The position numbers were made by a program, and so were the translations under genes. The notes under the pieces were generated by a model. The model worked only from the letters and a program-made list of their open reading frames with translations, was not told the DNA's origin and did no database searches. From Longimicrobiales bacterium (lineage in GTDB: Bacteria; Gemmatimonadota; Gemmatimonadetes; Longimicrobiales; Gaopeijiaceae), in contig OZ220732.1 in assembly GCA_965116905.1 (NCBI GenBank), positions 3,872,001 through 3,936,000 of the forward strand: 64,000 nt of DNA, written 5' to 3'. Shown here one piece after another: positions 49,019 through 60,334 of the stretch; within the stretch, counting starts at the first letter, position 1; each line of letters opens with the position of its first letter.

Positions 49019-52000
49019 ATGCGCCGGCAATCCCATGTTCCGACGACCCTCAGGTACGTTCACCGCCTCGTCCCGGCCTTGCTCTGGATGCTCATCCCGA
49101 CCGGCCCGGGGAATGCCGTGCTCGCCCAGGAGACCGGCCCCCCGGACTGGGACGTCACCGCCCCCCGCGGCGAGACGCACGAGATCGACTTCATGACGAG
49201 CGAGGGGACGTGGATGTCGGTCGACCTCTCCGCCGACGGCGAGTGGGTCGTCTTCGACCTGCTGGGCCACGTCTACCGGGTGCCGGCCGGCGGCGGCGAG
49301 GCGGTTGCGCTGACGCAGAACAGCGGCATCGCGGTCAACTATCACCCGCGTTTCTCGCCCGACGGCGCCATGATCGCCTTCATCTCCGACCGCAGCGGCC
49401 AGAGCAACCTGTGGCTGATGGACTCGGACGGATCCAACCCCCGTCCCGTCTTCGAGGACCAGTCGTTGCGTGCCTGGGAGCCGGCCTGGTCTCCGGATGG
49501 TCGTTTTATTGTAGTGCGCCGTTCGTCGACGCAGCGCGGAGCCGGAGGCGCCGGGCTGTGGATGTATTCACGGGACGGAGGAGAGGGAGTCGAGCTGGTC
49601 GGCTCCGACTACCCGGCCGCCGCGTGGCCCGCGTTCTCGCCCGACGGCGGATCGCTCTACTTCCAGGTCCGTACGGCGCCCCCCGGGATCTGGTCGGGGC
49701 GCTCCGACATCGTGCACGGCTACAAGCAGATCCGCAGGCTCGACCTCGAGACGGGGCGGGTCGACGAGGTCACGACGGGCCAGGTCGTGCAGCAGGGGCA
49801 GACCTCGAGCGGCGGCGGGATCGCCCCCGAACCGTCGCCTGACGGGCGCTGGCTCGCCTTCGCGCGGCGCATCCCCGACGGGACGATCTCGCACAAGGGG
49901 CTCAGGTTCGGTCCCCGCACCGCGCTCTGGCTGCGCGACCTCGAGACCGGGGCGGAGCGCGTGCTGATGGACCCGATCGAGGTCGACATGGCCGAGGGCA
50001 TGAAGGTCTCGCGCGATCTTCCCGGCTACGCGTGGTCGCGGGACAGCCGCTCGATCGTCATCCCGGCCGGAGGGAAGATCCGCCGGGTCGATGTCGAGAG
50101 CGGCGACGTGTCCACGATCGCGTTCACGGCGCGGGTGCACCGCGTGATCTCGGAGATGGCGGGACGGCCTCAGGAGCCGCTCGGCACGACCTTCACGGTG
50201 AAGTTCCCGCGCTGGACGGCCTCGTCCCCCGACGGGAGCCGTCTCGCCTTCCACGCCGTGGGCCGGATCTGGATGATGGACCTGCCGGACGGCCCGCCCA
50301 CCCGCCTCACCGACGACTCCTTCGACCACTCGGAGATCGCGCCCGCCTGGTCGCCGGACGGCCGCGCCATCGCGTTCACCAGCTGGGAGCAGAACGGGCG
50401 CGGCCACGTCTGGCGCGTGTCGGCCGACGGCGGCGCGCCGGAGCAGCTCACCACCCGCGAGGGCGAGTACATGAACACGGTGTGGAGCCCCGACGGCGGC
50501 GAGATCGTGGTCACCCGGGGCGCCGGGGCCACCAGCCGGGGCCGCACGGTGGCCAGCAACGAGTACTTCGAGTTCGTGGCGGTTCCCGCGGACGGCGGCG
50601 ACACCCGCACGATCACCAAGGTGGCGCGTCCCTACACCGGCGGCCGCCCGATGATGCCCCGCCGTCCCCCGCCCCAGGCGTGGTTCGGCCCCGACGGGCG
50701 GCTCTTCTACGCCGAGGCGCTCGGCCCCATGGGCGACGACCCCGCGGGCACCGACATCGCCTCGATTCGCATGGACGGCACCGACCGCCGGGTCCACTTC
50801 ACGCTTCCCGACGCCGACGAGGCCTCCGTGTCCCCTGACGGCGCGTGGCTCGCCTTCCAGGAGGGCGACAACGTCTACCGCATGCCGTTCCCGTACGGCG
50901 GCACGGGGTCCAACACGGTGCGCATCGCCAAGCGCGACGGCCAGCTCCCCGTGACCCAGCTCAGCGTGGAGGGCGGCATCCACCCGCGCTGGCGCGACGC
51001 CACGACGCTCGAGTTCGTGAGCGGCCCGCGCTACTACGCGCACGACGTCACCACGGGTGAGACGCAGGAAGTGCCGATCCGGCTGGAACTCCCCCGCCAC
51101 ATCGCGTCCGGCACGGTCGCCTTCACGGGCGCCCGCATCATCACGGTCGAGAACGACGTCGTCCTCGAAAACGGAACACTCGTCGCTGCGGACGGCAGGC
51201 TCACCTGCATCGGCGAGTGCGACACCGGCGGCGCGGACCAGGTGTTCGACGCGACGGGCAAGACGATCATCCCCGGCCTGATCGACATGCACGCCCACCA
51301 CCACCGCGACCACCTGGGCATCATCCCGCTGCGCAACTGGGAGTCGGCGATCTACCTCGCGTACGGGGTAACGACGACGCTCGACAACTCGCAGTGGTCG
51401 GCCAACGTGTTCCCGGCCGCCGAGCTGGTCGAATCGGGCAGGATGATCGGGCCGCGCGTCTACAGCACGGGCGATCCGGTGTATTCGGGCGACGGCGCGC
51501 GCCAGAACGAAATCTCCAGCTACGAACTGGCGGACCAGAACGTGGCGCGGCTCATGTCGTGGGGTGCGGTGTCGATCAAGGAGTACCTGCAGCCGACGCG
51601 GCAACAGCGGCAGTGGGTCACCGAAGCGGCGCGCGTGCGCGGACTGCGGGTCACCTCGGAGGGCGGCGACATCGAGTTCAACATGGGCATGATCATGGAT
51701 GGGCACACGGGGTGGGAGCACCCTCAGAGCTACGTGCCGCTCTACAGCGACGTGGCGAAGTTCTTCGGGCAGGCGGATGCCGTGTACTCGCCGACCTTCA
51801 TGGTGGGCGGTCCGGGGCCGTGGAACGAGGAGTACTTCTACCAGGAGTACGAGATCTGGAAGGATCCCAAGATGCAGTACTGGCTGCCCTGGCGGATGCT
51901 GGTTCCGGTGACGCGGCGGCGGATGCTGCGGCCGGAGACCGACTACTCGTTCCCGCTGATCGCCCGCGGGATGGCCGACATCATCGACGAGGGCGGCTGG

Positions 52001-52399
52001 GGCGCGATCGGTGCGCACGGCCAGCTGCACGGACTCGGTCCGCACTACGAGGTCTGGATGGTCGCGGCGGGTTCGGACGAGCACACCGCGATCGAGGTCG
52101 GCACCATCCACGGCGCGCACTTCCTGGGGCTGGCGCACGAGTTGGGGTCGTTGGCCGAGGGCAAGCTGGCCGACTTCGTGGTGCTCAACTCCAACCCGCT
52201 CGACGACATCCGCGCCACGGCCGATATCGACTACGTGGTCAAGGACGGCATCGTGTACGACAGCGACACGCTGGATGAGCTGTGGCCGCGGGACCGTCCC
52301 TTCGGCGAGCCCTACTGGGTGGACTACGACGCGCTCCTCAGCGACGACCGGCCGACGGACTACTGGGACCGGAATCGGGAGCGGGAGGGGGGGCGTTGA
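49019..52399 (+). CDS. PD40-repeat + amidohydrolase fusion protein
   Basis: EGTWMSVD.S.DG, repeated P.WSPDG, PGLIDMHAH, G.L..GKLAD. Confidence 0.88.
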   Translation: MRRQSHVPTTLRYVHRLVPALLWMLIPTGPGNAVLAQETGPPDWDVTAPRGETHEIDFMTSEGTWMSVDLSADGEWVVFDLLGHVYRVPAGGGEAVALTQNSGIAVNYHPRFSPDGAMIAFISDRSGQSNLWLMDSDGSNPRPVFEDQSLRAWEPAWSPDGRFIVVRRSSTQRGAGGAGLWMYSRDGGEGVELVGSDYPAAAWPAFSPDGGSLYFQVRTAPPGIWSGRSDIVHGYKQIRRLDLETGRVDEVTTGQVVQQGQTSSGGGIAPEPSPDGRWLAFARRIPDGTISHKGLRFGPRTALWLRDLETGAERVLMDPIEVDMAEGMKVSRDLPGYAWSRDSRSIVIPAGGKIRRVDVESGDVSTIAFTARVHRVISEMAGRPQEPLGTTFTVKFPRWTASSPDGSRLAFHAVGRIWMMDLPDGPPTRLTDDSFDHSEIAPAWSPDGRAIAFTSWEQNGRGHVWRVSADGGAPEQLTTREGEYMNTVWSPDGGEIVVTRGAGATSRGRTVASNEYFEFVAVPADGGDTRTITKVARPYTGGRPMMPRRPPPQAWFGPDGRLFYAEALGPMGDDPAGTDIASIRMDGTDRRVHFTLPDADEASVSPDGAWLAFQEGDNVYRMPFPYGGTGSNTVRIAKRDGQLPVTQLSVEGGIHPRWRDATTLEFVSGPRYYAHDVTTGETQEVPIRLELPRHIASGTVAFTGARIITVENDVVLENGTLVAADGRLTCIGECDTGGADQVFDATGKTIIPGLIDMHAHHHRDHLGIIPLRNWESAIYLAYGVTTTLDNSQWSANVFPAAELVESGRMIGPRVYSTGDPVYSGDGARQNEISSYELADQNVARLMSWGAVSIKEYLQPTRQQRQWVTEAARVRGLRVTSEGGDIEFNMGMIMDGHTGWEHPQSYVPLYSDVAKFFGQADAVYSPTFMVGGPGPWNEEYFYQEYEIWKDPKMQYWLPWRMLVPVTRRRMLRPETDYSFPLIARGMADIIDEGGWGAIGAHGQLHGLGPHYEVWMVAAGSDEHTAIEVGTIHGAHFLGLAHELGSLAEGKLADFVVLNSNPLDDIRATADIDYVVKDGIVYDSDTLDELWPRDRPFGEPYWVDYDALLSDDRPTDYWDRNREREGGR

Positions 52400-52805
52400 C
52401 ACGAAGTGTCGTGCGCAGCGGTCATATAGGTGAAGCCCCGCTCCAGCTTTCGACCTTGCCCGGAGACCGAAATGTCCACCTTTGCGAGAACATCCGTCGA
52501 CGAAGCAGCCTGCGGCCCGCTGGCCACTACGCTGTGTGGATTGTGCGAGTTGGAATACGATTGCGTTAGGGACACCGTTGGTTGGGTACAGAGGGAGATC
52601 GGTCTCTCGCGAGAGTTCCAGGAGGCCAGAGGAGTCGTGGTGTTGGAGGTCGACAAGGAGCGTTGCGCCCGGTGCGCCAGCTTATTGGCCGAGTGTTTCG
52701 GACGGTCCTCACCTCGATTCCGGTATTGACCGACATCGCGGGCAGGAGGTGTCCAGCCCGTGGGCCGGAGCCGAAGGGTGTGAACCATCGACCGCCCCCT
52801 GGCGA

Positions 52806-53092
52806 CTAGACGGCACCCCTCGGCACAACCCACTCCAGCGCCTGCCCGGTAACCGCTGCGATCCGATCAAAGTCGGAATCGTAGTGCAGCAGGACCATCC
52901 CGGCGTGCTCCGCGGCGGCTGCGATGATCAGGTCCGGAATCGGCACGCTGTGTTGCCCGCGAAGCGCCAGCAGGCCCTGCACTTCGACGGCGCGCTGGAA
53001 CATCGCCTCGGTCAGCACCACGTGGCGGTAGGCGAGGGCGCGTCGGCGGAGGACATTCGCGCCAGCGCGCTCTTGTCGATCAGGTAGGGCAT
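52806..53092 (-). pseudogene. vapC: VapC/PIN toxin with internal deletion and frameshift
   Basis: MPYLIDKSALARM from ATG 53092 hits TGA after 26 codons; C-terminal half (PDLIIAAAAE, LHYDSDFD) is in another frame; span 287 bp. Confidence 0.75.
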
Positions 53093-53112
53093 GTCGGTCG
53101 GCCGTTGACGTG

Positions 53113-53322
53113 CTAGTAGCGCCACGCCTTCGACATGACCGCCGGGTCGCGCAGGTCCAGCCCGTCCATCTCGATTAGCGCCCGGATCTCCCGGCGCCTT
53201 GCCTCGCGGCGCTCCACTTCGCGGAGCGCCCTGTCGATCGTCTCCCTGATGGACGAGGTTCCGAGCAGGATCCGCACGCGGGCAACGAGTTCATCGTCGA
53301 TGACGACGCTGGTCTCGGGGAC
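53113..53322 (-). pseudogene. vapB: VapB-like antitoxin lacking a canonical start codon
   Basis: ETSVVIDDELV...LGT...ETIDRAL...AWR; GTC where a start is expected after GGAGG. Confidence 0.6.
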
Positions 53323-53381
53323 GCCTCCAGGCGGTCGAATCGAGCAACGGGCTGGGAGCGTACGTCTCGGTAGGCGTCGTG

Positions 53382-53442
53382 GTAGCTGTCGTGCTGTTGG
53401 TACAGTTTATGACCTAAGTTGAACTAACAGCACGACGGCTAC
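53382..53442. repeat. Long imperfect inverted repeat between vapB and ahcY
   Basis: gtagctgtcgtgctgtt / aacagcacgacggctac, pairing inward to a short loop. Confidence 0.8.
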
Positions 53443-53594
53443 TGAGGGGTCGTGCACACCAGTGGTGCCGCGGCCGGGAATCCGTCCATCTTGTCCGCCA
53501 GGCTTCCGGGTCTGGATCAGTCACCCGCCACGGCTAGATTAGACCCACGCATTTGCACGCAACTGGAGCAATTGCACGCAACCCGAGGTGCAGA

Positions 53595-55079
<1,485 letters not shown>

Positions 55080-55083
55080 GGGC

Positions 55084-55497
55084 GTGACCCGCATCGCCGC
55101 CCTTGCGCCGGCTCTGGTCCTGCCCGCGCTGCTGTCCTGCAGCGAACCTCCCGAGCCGCTTCTGGGCGAATGGGTGTCGGTCGGCTCCGAGCGACCGCCG
55201 ATGACCTACATCTTCGACAATGACAGCACGATGAAGTGGGTCGTCGAACTGGAGACGGGACCCGATACCGTATCCGTGCCCTACCGGGTGAACCATCAGG
55301 CCGATCCGGTCCACCTCGATGTCGGGCCGTGGGACGACGGACCCGTGGCGGGCCGCACCCTCTTCGGGATCGTGGAGATTCAGGGGCCGGACAGGTTCCA
55401 GGTGGACTTTGAGCCCGCGGACCCCGACGGGGACGGCTCGGAGCGGCCGATCGGGTTCTCCGATCAGGCGGTGACATTTGTCAGGAAGGTGAATTGA
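55084..55497 (+). CDS. Hypothetical lipoprotein
   Basis: LLSC lipobox; LLGEW. Confidence 0.7.
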   Translation: MTRIAALAPALVLPALLSCSEPPEPLLGEWVSVGSERPPMTYIFDNDSTMKWVVELETGPDTVSVPYRVNHQADPVHLDVGPWDDGPVAGRTLFGIVEIQGPDRFQVDFEPADPDGDGSERPIGFSDQAVTFVRKVN

Positions 55498-55606
55498 GAG
55501 GGGCCGCGCTGAGTGAGGGAGCGTTGCTCGGCGGCTGTTCGCGCCCCGGATGACCGCGCCGCCGCACTGACGGCGCGGCCTCCGGTGGCTCCGGCCGCGG
55601 GCGAAG

Positions 55607-56062
55607 TCAGCTCCTGCGGCTCACCTCGATCTTCCGGCTGACGGCTTCCTCGGCCTTGGGCAGGCGCACCGTCAGGAGACCGTTCTCGAAGTCGGCCGTG
55701 ATGCCGTCTGCGCGCACGGTGCGCGGCAGGGTGAAGGACCGGCGGAAGGAGCCGAAGCTGCGCTCGACCAGATGGTACTTGCCCCCGGCCTCGCCCTCTT
55801 TGCGGGACTCGCGCTTCTCGCCCGAGATCGTGAGCACGTTGTTCTCGAGGTCGATCTCGACCGCGTCCTCGGGCATGCCGGGAAGCTCGGCGGTGAGAAG
55901 GATCTCGTTCCCCTTCTCCTCCACGCTCACCGGAGGCACCCAGTTGGACGCGTAGGTCAGGTTCCCGAGGCCCGTGTCGCCGAACAGTCGGTTCATGCGG
56001 TTGGCCAGGACATCGAAGTCGTTCAGGGGGACGAAGCGGTTGGTGTGCTTGATCAGTGACAT
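55607..56062 (-). CDS. Hsp20/alpha-crystallin small heat-shock protein
   Basis: AELPG, LTISGEK, ERSFGSF.RSF.LP, NGLL...LPK; GAGGA before ATG 56062. Confidence 0.93.
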   Translation of the reverse strand: MSLIKHTNRFVPLNDFDVLANRMNRLFGDTGLGNLTYASNWVPPVSVEEKGNEILLTAELPGMPEDAVEIDLENNVLTISGEKRESRKEGEAGGKYHLVERSFGSFRRSFTLPRTVRADGITADFENGLLTVRLPKAEEAVSRKIEVSRRS

Positions 56063-56123
56063 TTGGCAGTCCTCGTTCTGATGGTTTAGTGCGGTGCACC
56101 TTCGTGCAGCCGGTGCACCGAAT

Positions 56124-56139
56124 TGCATCGGCCGTGCCA
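56124..56139 (-). promoter_or_regulatory. Sigma54 (-24/-12) promoter for hsp20
   Basis: TGGCACGGCCGATGCA: GG-N10-GC spacing. Confidence 0.7.
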
Positions 56140-56148
56140 CTGAGAAAC

Positions 56149-56269
56149 CTGCCGAAATGGCGGAGAATTAGGTGCGACGCGGTGCCGACTGCCGAAATGG
56201 CAGGGTCGGGACTGCCGAAATGGCGGGGGAATCTGCCGAAATGGCAGGTGGAATCTGTCAAAATGGCAG
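56149..56269. promoter_or_regulatory. Five palindromic CTGCC-N5-GGCAG-type sites upstream of hsp20
   Basis: Copies at 56149, 56189, 56212, 56233, 56255. Confidence 0.75.
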
Positions 56270-56549
56270 GGTTGGAGTGGCCTGAATCACGGCTGGGAAT
56301 CGTCTAAGTCTAACCAGGACTGCACGATCTGCGCTTCTTACCCCTGACCCGTATCTGCTCCCGCCGTACTGAAAAGGCGGGGAAACCGCACCAAGTGGCG
56401 GGAATCCGCAGACGGGCCGTGCGACCTTGCCCGTCGCCTTGGCCCGGTACCGGTCGGCAGGCGTAGGTATCGAGCGCCGCCAACACGCGGATCCGGAACA
56501 CGAATCTCTCGCCACACGGCTTGTCCGCGCAAGAATGGGGGAAAACCCC

Positions 56550-56593
56550 CAAGAGATACAGGGTTTTCCCTCAAGAGATACAGGGTTTTCCCT
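56550..56593. repeat. 22-bp direct repeat upstream of the Cys-rich peptide gene
   Basis: caagagatacagggttttccct x2, preceded by the inverted half-site gggaaaaccc. Confidence 0.85.
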
Positions 56594-56684
56594 CTATTCC
56601 CGCACCACTGTCGCTTGCGAACGTTAGTGCACGTCCCGTGAAAGGGTGACGGGCGATACAACCACCCCCACAAGGAGGGGACAA

Positions 56685-56957
56685 ATGTCTCGATGGATCT
56701 CGACCCTGGCTCTGGTGCTGCTGTTCGCTGTCGGAATGGCCATCGGAGCAACCGGCGGCCCGCAACCGCTGAGCGCTTCCGAGACGTGCGAGGAGGACGT
56801 CTGCGACTACGCTCCCGGTTGGCTCAGCTGGTTGCTGAGTGATCACTGCATCCCCGAGCCTGGCGTCCAGAGTAGCTGCGACATGCTATCCGACAAGCGC
56901 TGTAAGACTCGACCCTGCGATCCCGCGGGAGGTGATGACGACGAAGACGAAGAATAG
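56685..56957 (+). CDS. Small secreted 6-Cys peptide with acidic tail
   Basis: AGGAGG RBS; signal peptide; C-x4-C-x14-C-x9-C-x7-C-x4-C; DDDEDEE. Confidence 0.8.
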   Translation: MSRWISTLALVLLFAVGMAIGATGGPQPLSASETCEEDVCDYAPGWLSWLLSDHCIPEPGVQSSCDMLSDKRCKTRPCDPAGGDDDEDEE

Positions 56958-57040
56958 CGCGTCCGATGCCACTGCCGGGCGGTTTCCGCGATCCGCTCTT
57001 TTCGATTGGGAAACCGCCCGGCAAGACACCTGGAGGTCTC

Positions 57041-59422
57041 ATGCACTGGAGAACATCGGTACTGGCTTTGGCGGCGATCGTTCCCGCGATTGGGCTCTTC
57101 GCGCCACCGTCGGCGGCCCAGTCGGTCGTCCGGGGGGTGGTGCGCGACAGCATAAGCCTGGAGCCCGTGGCGTTCGCACGGGTAACCGTAGCGGCGTCGC
57201 GGGCCGGGCCAGCCCGCGATGCAGCCACGGACGTGTACGGCGCGTTCGTGGTCCCGAATGTTGCGGCTGACACACCGACACTTGTGAGGGTGGAGGCCTT
57301 CGGTTACGCACCGTGGGAGTTGGAGTACAAACCCGGCGAGCTTCCCCCGAATGATCTCAGGGTGTTGCTCATGGTTGCCCCGATTGAGTTGGAGGGAATC
57401 AAAGTGGCCGCACGCCACGCAGGAGACCCGCTTTCCGTCGGGACCGGTACCTACATGATGGACGCCGAGTTGGTTCGTTCACAGCCCGTGGTTCTCGAGA
57501 CGGACGTGCTACGGGCAACCGTGCTGTCGCCATCGGCATCTGCATCCTCGGACTGGGTGTCGGTACCCTATGTCCGCGGCGGCTCAGCCGAGGGCACACC
57601 GGTCCGGTTGGACGGTGTGCGGTTGTTCAACCCGTTTCACATGGGCGGGTTCGTAGCGGCGCTGAATGCGGAAGCAGTGAGTAGCGTGGCGGTGGTAACG
57701 GGATCTTCCGTGGAAACGCTATCGACAGGATCGTTGTCCGGCGCGATAGACATCGCGACCAGGGATGGCACGCGGGACCGGTTTCACACTAGCGGGTCGG
57801 TGGGCCTGGCGTCTGCCCGGCTGACGGCCGAGGGTCCGGTCGGGGAGTCAACTTCGTTCCTGTTGGATGGAAGGCGGACGTACATTGACCTGCTCACGAA
57901 GGGGCTCGCCACGGCGGGGTTGGCGGACTATCGGGTACCGTATTCGTTCGGTGATTTTCACGCAAAACTCACCAGGGACCTCGGCGATGTCCGGCGGCTT
58001 TCACTGACCGGGTACTGGAACTCCGAGCTTCTGGACACCCGACCGGAAGACGTGCCCGAGGGTGACGCCGCGCTAAACAGGGCGACCCGGGCGGACTGGG
58101 GAAACGGCGCGGTAGCGCTGCATTACCGCGATCGGATCGGTCGGGGGACGCTGGTGGACGTGAACCTGGGGCTGAGCGGGTTCGGTGGCACCTATGTGGT
58201 CTTCGAGGACAGGGTGCCGGACTCGGACACAGCCACTGTCGTGCGTGGGAAGATGGACGAATACGGGGTGGAGGTGCGGGTGCGGCATCACGCCGGCTCG
58301 GTCACACTCGACGGGGGATTGCAGGCGACTCGGTTCGAGGCGGCCCACCATGGGGAGGGGAGCGAGTGGGATGGGAGCGACGAAGAAGGCTTGTTGCTAC
58401 CGTTTGACATCTCCCGTGCCTCTCACCGTGCAGCGGCCTACGGCAGCCTTACGGCGTCGGTTGGGCGCGGGGTCAGCGGGACGGTCGGCGCGCGCGTGGA
58501 CCGTTTCGTTGGCGTTGCAACCGCGGCATCCCCGTTCGCTGAACTGTCGCACGAAGCCGGCGCACGGAAGATATGGTTGTCGGCGTCGCGCGCCCATCAA
58601 GCCCTTGCCTCGATCCGCGATGAAGAACCGGTGACGGCCAGTTTCTTCGCTTTCGACTTGCTGGCTCCCGTCGACCATGGCCCGGTTCTCCGCAACACCG
58701 AGCTCTCCGCCGGATGGGAGCGGCGGATCCGAGGGGCGAGACTGCGACTGGAAGGGTACGCCCGCTGGCTGGCCAATCTGCGACTGCCGCCACTCGGCGC
58801 AAACCCTTTCGCTTCTCATCTCCTGGTGACCCCGAACCTGAGGGTGCTCGGGAGCGGGAGAGCACGCGGGATGGAGATGTCGTGGAGTTGGACCGGTGAC
58901 AGATCGACCATTCTTGGCAGTTATAGGTGGTCGCGGGCAACCCGGCAGGTTGCCGGGCACACCTATGTCCCCCGCTTCCACAGGGATCACGAAGGCGAAC
59001 TCAGCGCGAGTCTGAAGCGAGGCCCGTCACTGTGGTCGCTTCGCTTCTCGGCCAGGTCCGGGCAACCGACGACTCCGCTGGTGGCGTTCCTGCCTTTCGC
59101 TGGGCACAGGTTTCCGGACGAGGCGACTCAACAGGTGACCTACGATGTTCTCAACGTCGCCGGCGAGTACAACTCGGACAGGCTTCCGCCATATGCTCGC
59201 ATCGATGTGGGATGGCGCGGATCCTGGGAGGTAGGCTGGCTCGGAGGTGGAATCCTTTCGCCGTACGCTTCGGTCGCGAACCTGTTCAGCCTTCCCAACG
59301 TGGTTGGCGCGGGGCCGGAGCTCGGGAATGTCTCTCCGGGAGCGGGCAACGGCGTCAGCGAATTGTTTTACGCGCCCCAGCTTCCGATGCTTCCGTTCCT
59401 GGGGGTTGAGTTTCGGTTCTGA
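57041..59422 (+). CDS. TonB-dependent receptor-like protein
   Basis: Signal peptide, VRGG plug motif, LDG...FNPFH, RLPPYARID, C-terminal GVEFRF. Confidence 0.85.
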   Translation: MHWRTSVLALAAIVPAIGLFAPPSAAQSVVRGVVRDSISLEPVAFARVTVAASRAGPARDAATDVYGAFVVPNVAADTPTLVRVEAFGYAPWELEYKPGELPPNDLRVLLMVAPIELEGIKVAARHAGDPLSVGTGTYMMDAELVRSQPVVLETDVLRATVLSPSASASSDWVSVPYVRGGSAEGTPVRLDGVRLFNPFHMGGFVAALNAEAVSSVAVVTGSSVETLSTGSLSGAIDIATRDGTRDRFHTSGSVGLASARLTAEGPVGESTSFLLDGRRTYIDLLTKGLATAGLADYRVPYSFGDFHAKLTRDLGDVRRLSLTGYWNSELLDTRPEDVPEGDAALNRATRADWGNGAVALHYRDRIGRGTLVDVNLGLSGFGGTYVVFEDRVPDSDTATVVRGKMDEYGVEVRVRHHAGSVTLDGGLQATRFEAAHHGEGSEWDGSDEEGLLLPFDISRASHRAAAYGSLTASVGRGVSGTVGARVDRFVGVATAASPFAELSHEAGARKIWLSASRAHQALASIRDEEPVTASFFAFDLLAPVDHGPVLRNTELSAGWERRIRGARLRLEGYARWLANLRLPPLGANPFASHLLVTPNLRVLGSGRARGMEMSWSWTGDRSTILGSYRWSRATRQVAGHTYVPRFHRDHEGELSASLKRGPSLWSLRFSARSGQPTTPLVAFLPFAGHRFPDEATQQVTYDVLNVAGEYNSDRLPPYARIDVGWRGSWEVGWLGGGILSPYASVANLFSLPNVVGAGPELGNVSPGAGNGVSELFYAPQLPMLPFLGVEFRF

Positions 59423-59440
59423 GTCAAGGAGAGCATACAC

Positions 59441-60334
59441 ATGGCAAGCCGGAGTGCAGTGAGCGCAAGAACCCTTGGACTAATGTGGATTTGGGCGGTG
59501 GCCTCGGTTGGGTGCGACTACACGCGCCCTTCCGACGTGTTCGTGCCCGACGGAGATGTCATCGCCATCGGGGTGGTTCTAAGTGCGGGATGGCGGACCG
59601 CTTACATGATCGCCACGCACCCACACCGGCCAGGAACAGCCGACGCGCCCGTCGTGGATGCGGTCCTGACGGGCCCGAATGGCCTTGCAGCGTTCAATCG
59701 GGAAGTGGCACCGAAGCATTGTAGTGTTCTCATCGCGGATTTCTGGCATGGGCCACACGTTTGCCTGGAGGCAATACTGCCCGCCCCGGTCCTGAGCGGC
59801 GAGCGCTACACGCTGGAAGGAACAACCCGCCTGGGTCGGTTTGAAGGGATGACGGTCGTGCCGAACCCGGTGAGCATACGTGATCCCAAGGGCGAAATCG
59901 TCTTGCGGCCGGTAAGGTACTACGGCAACGACATCGTCCGTCTGACTTTGAGCTTTGAAAGCCCGCCGGAAGTGGGCATGGTCGTCGTTTCAGCGGCCCA
60001 GGCCGTACAAATGGTCGCGGACAGCGCGGGCAACCTGTCGGCAGAGCCGAGTTTGCTTTCGTATGTCCTGCCGCGTGAGGCCGATCCGGATCAGCGCAGC
60101 GTGGATCTGCGGGTCTGGTCCAATCCGGAATTCCCTTGGCGGCCACCCGAGGCCCGGTTCAACCTGCGCCTGGTGGGGTTAGACGAGAATGCGGGCCGTT
60201 TCGCGTCGTATCGGTACAATGACCTGATCGTCAAACCCTGGCCGAGCTTTGGCCTCGTCGGCGATGACGGCATCTACGGGTACTTCGGCTCCGCGTCTCG
60301 ATCGAGGGCGATACCGGTGATTGTGAGGCCATGA
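59441..60334 (+). CDS. DUF4249-like lipoprotein
   Basis: SVGC lipobox; C-terminal GIYGYFGS; directly after the TBDR. Confidence 0.6.
   Translation: MASRSAVSARTLGLMWIWAVASVGCDYTRPSDVFVPDGDVIAIGVVLSAGWRTAYMIATHPHRPGTADAPVVDAVLTGPNGLAAFNREVAPKHCSVLIADFWHGPHVCLEAILPAPVLSGERYTLEGTTRLGRFEGMTVVPNPVSIRDPKGEIVLRPVRYYGNDIVRLTLSFESPPEVGMVVVSAAQAVQMVADSAGNLSAEPSLLSYVLPREADPDQRSVDLRVWSNPEFPWRPPEARFNLRLVGLDENAGRFASYRYNDLIVKPWPSFGLVGDDGIYGYFGSASRSRAIPVIVRP

Noticed and set aside
52430..52800. Cys-containing short ORFs after the amidohydrolase
   Set aside because: No recognisable motif or signal peptide; probably a decayed fragment.
53440..53594. SAH/SAM riboswitch upstream of ahcY
   Set aside because: Only a partial likeness (cgccaggct); the flanking consensus pairing could not be found by eye. 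An Rfam scan would decide.
56149..56269. Repeats as a mini-CRISPR array
   Set aside because: 15-bp units mostly separated by 6-8 bp gaps, no cas genes; a regulatory array fits better.
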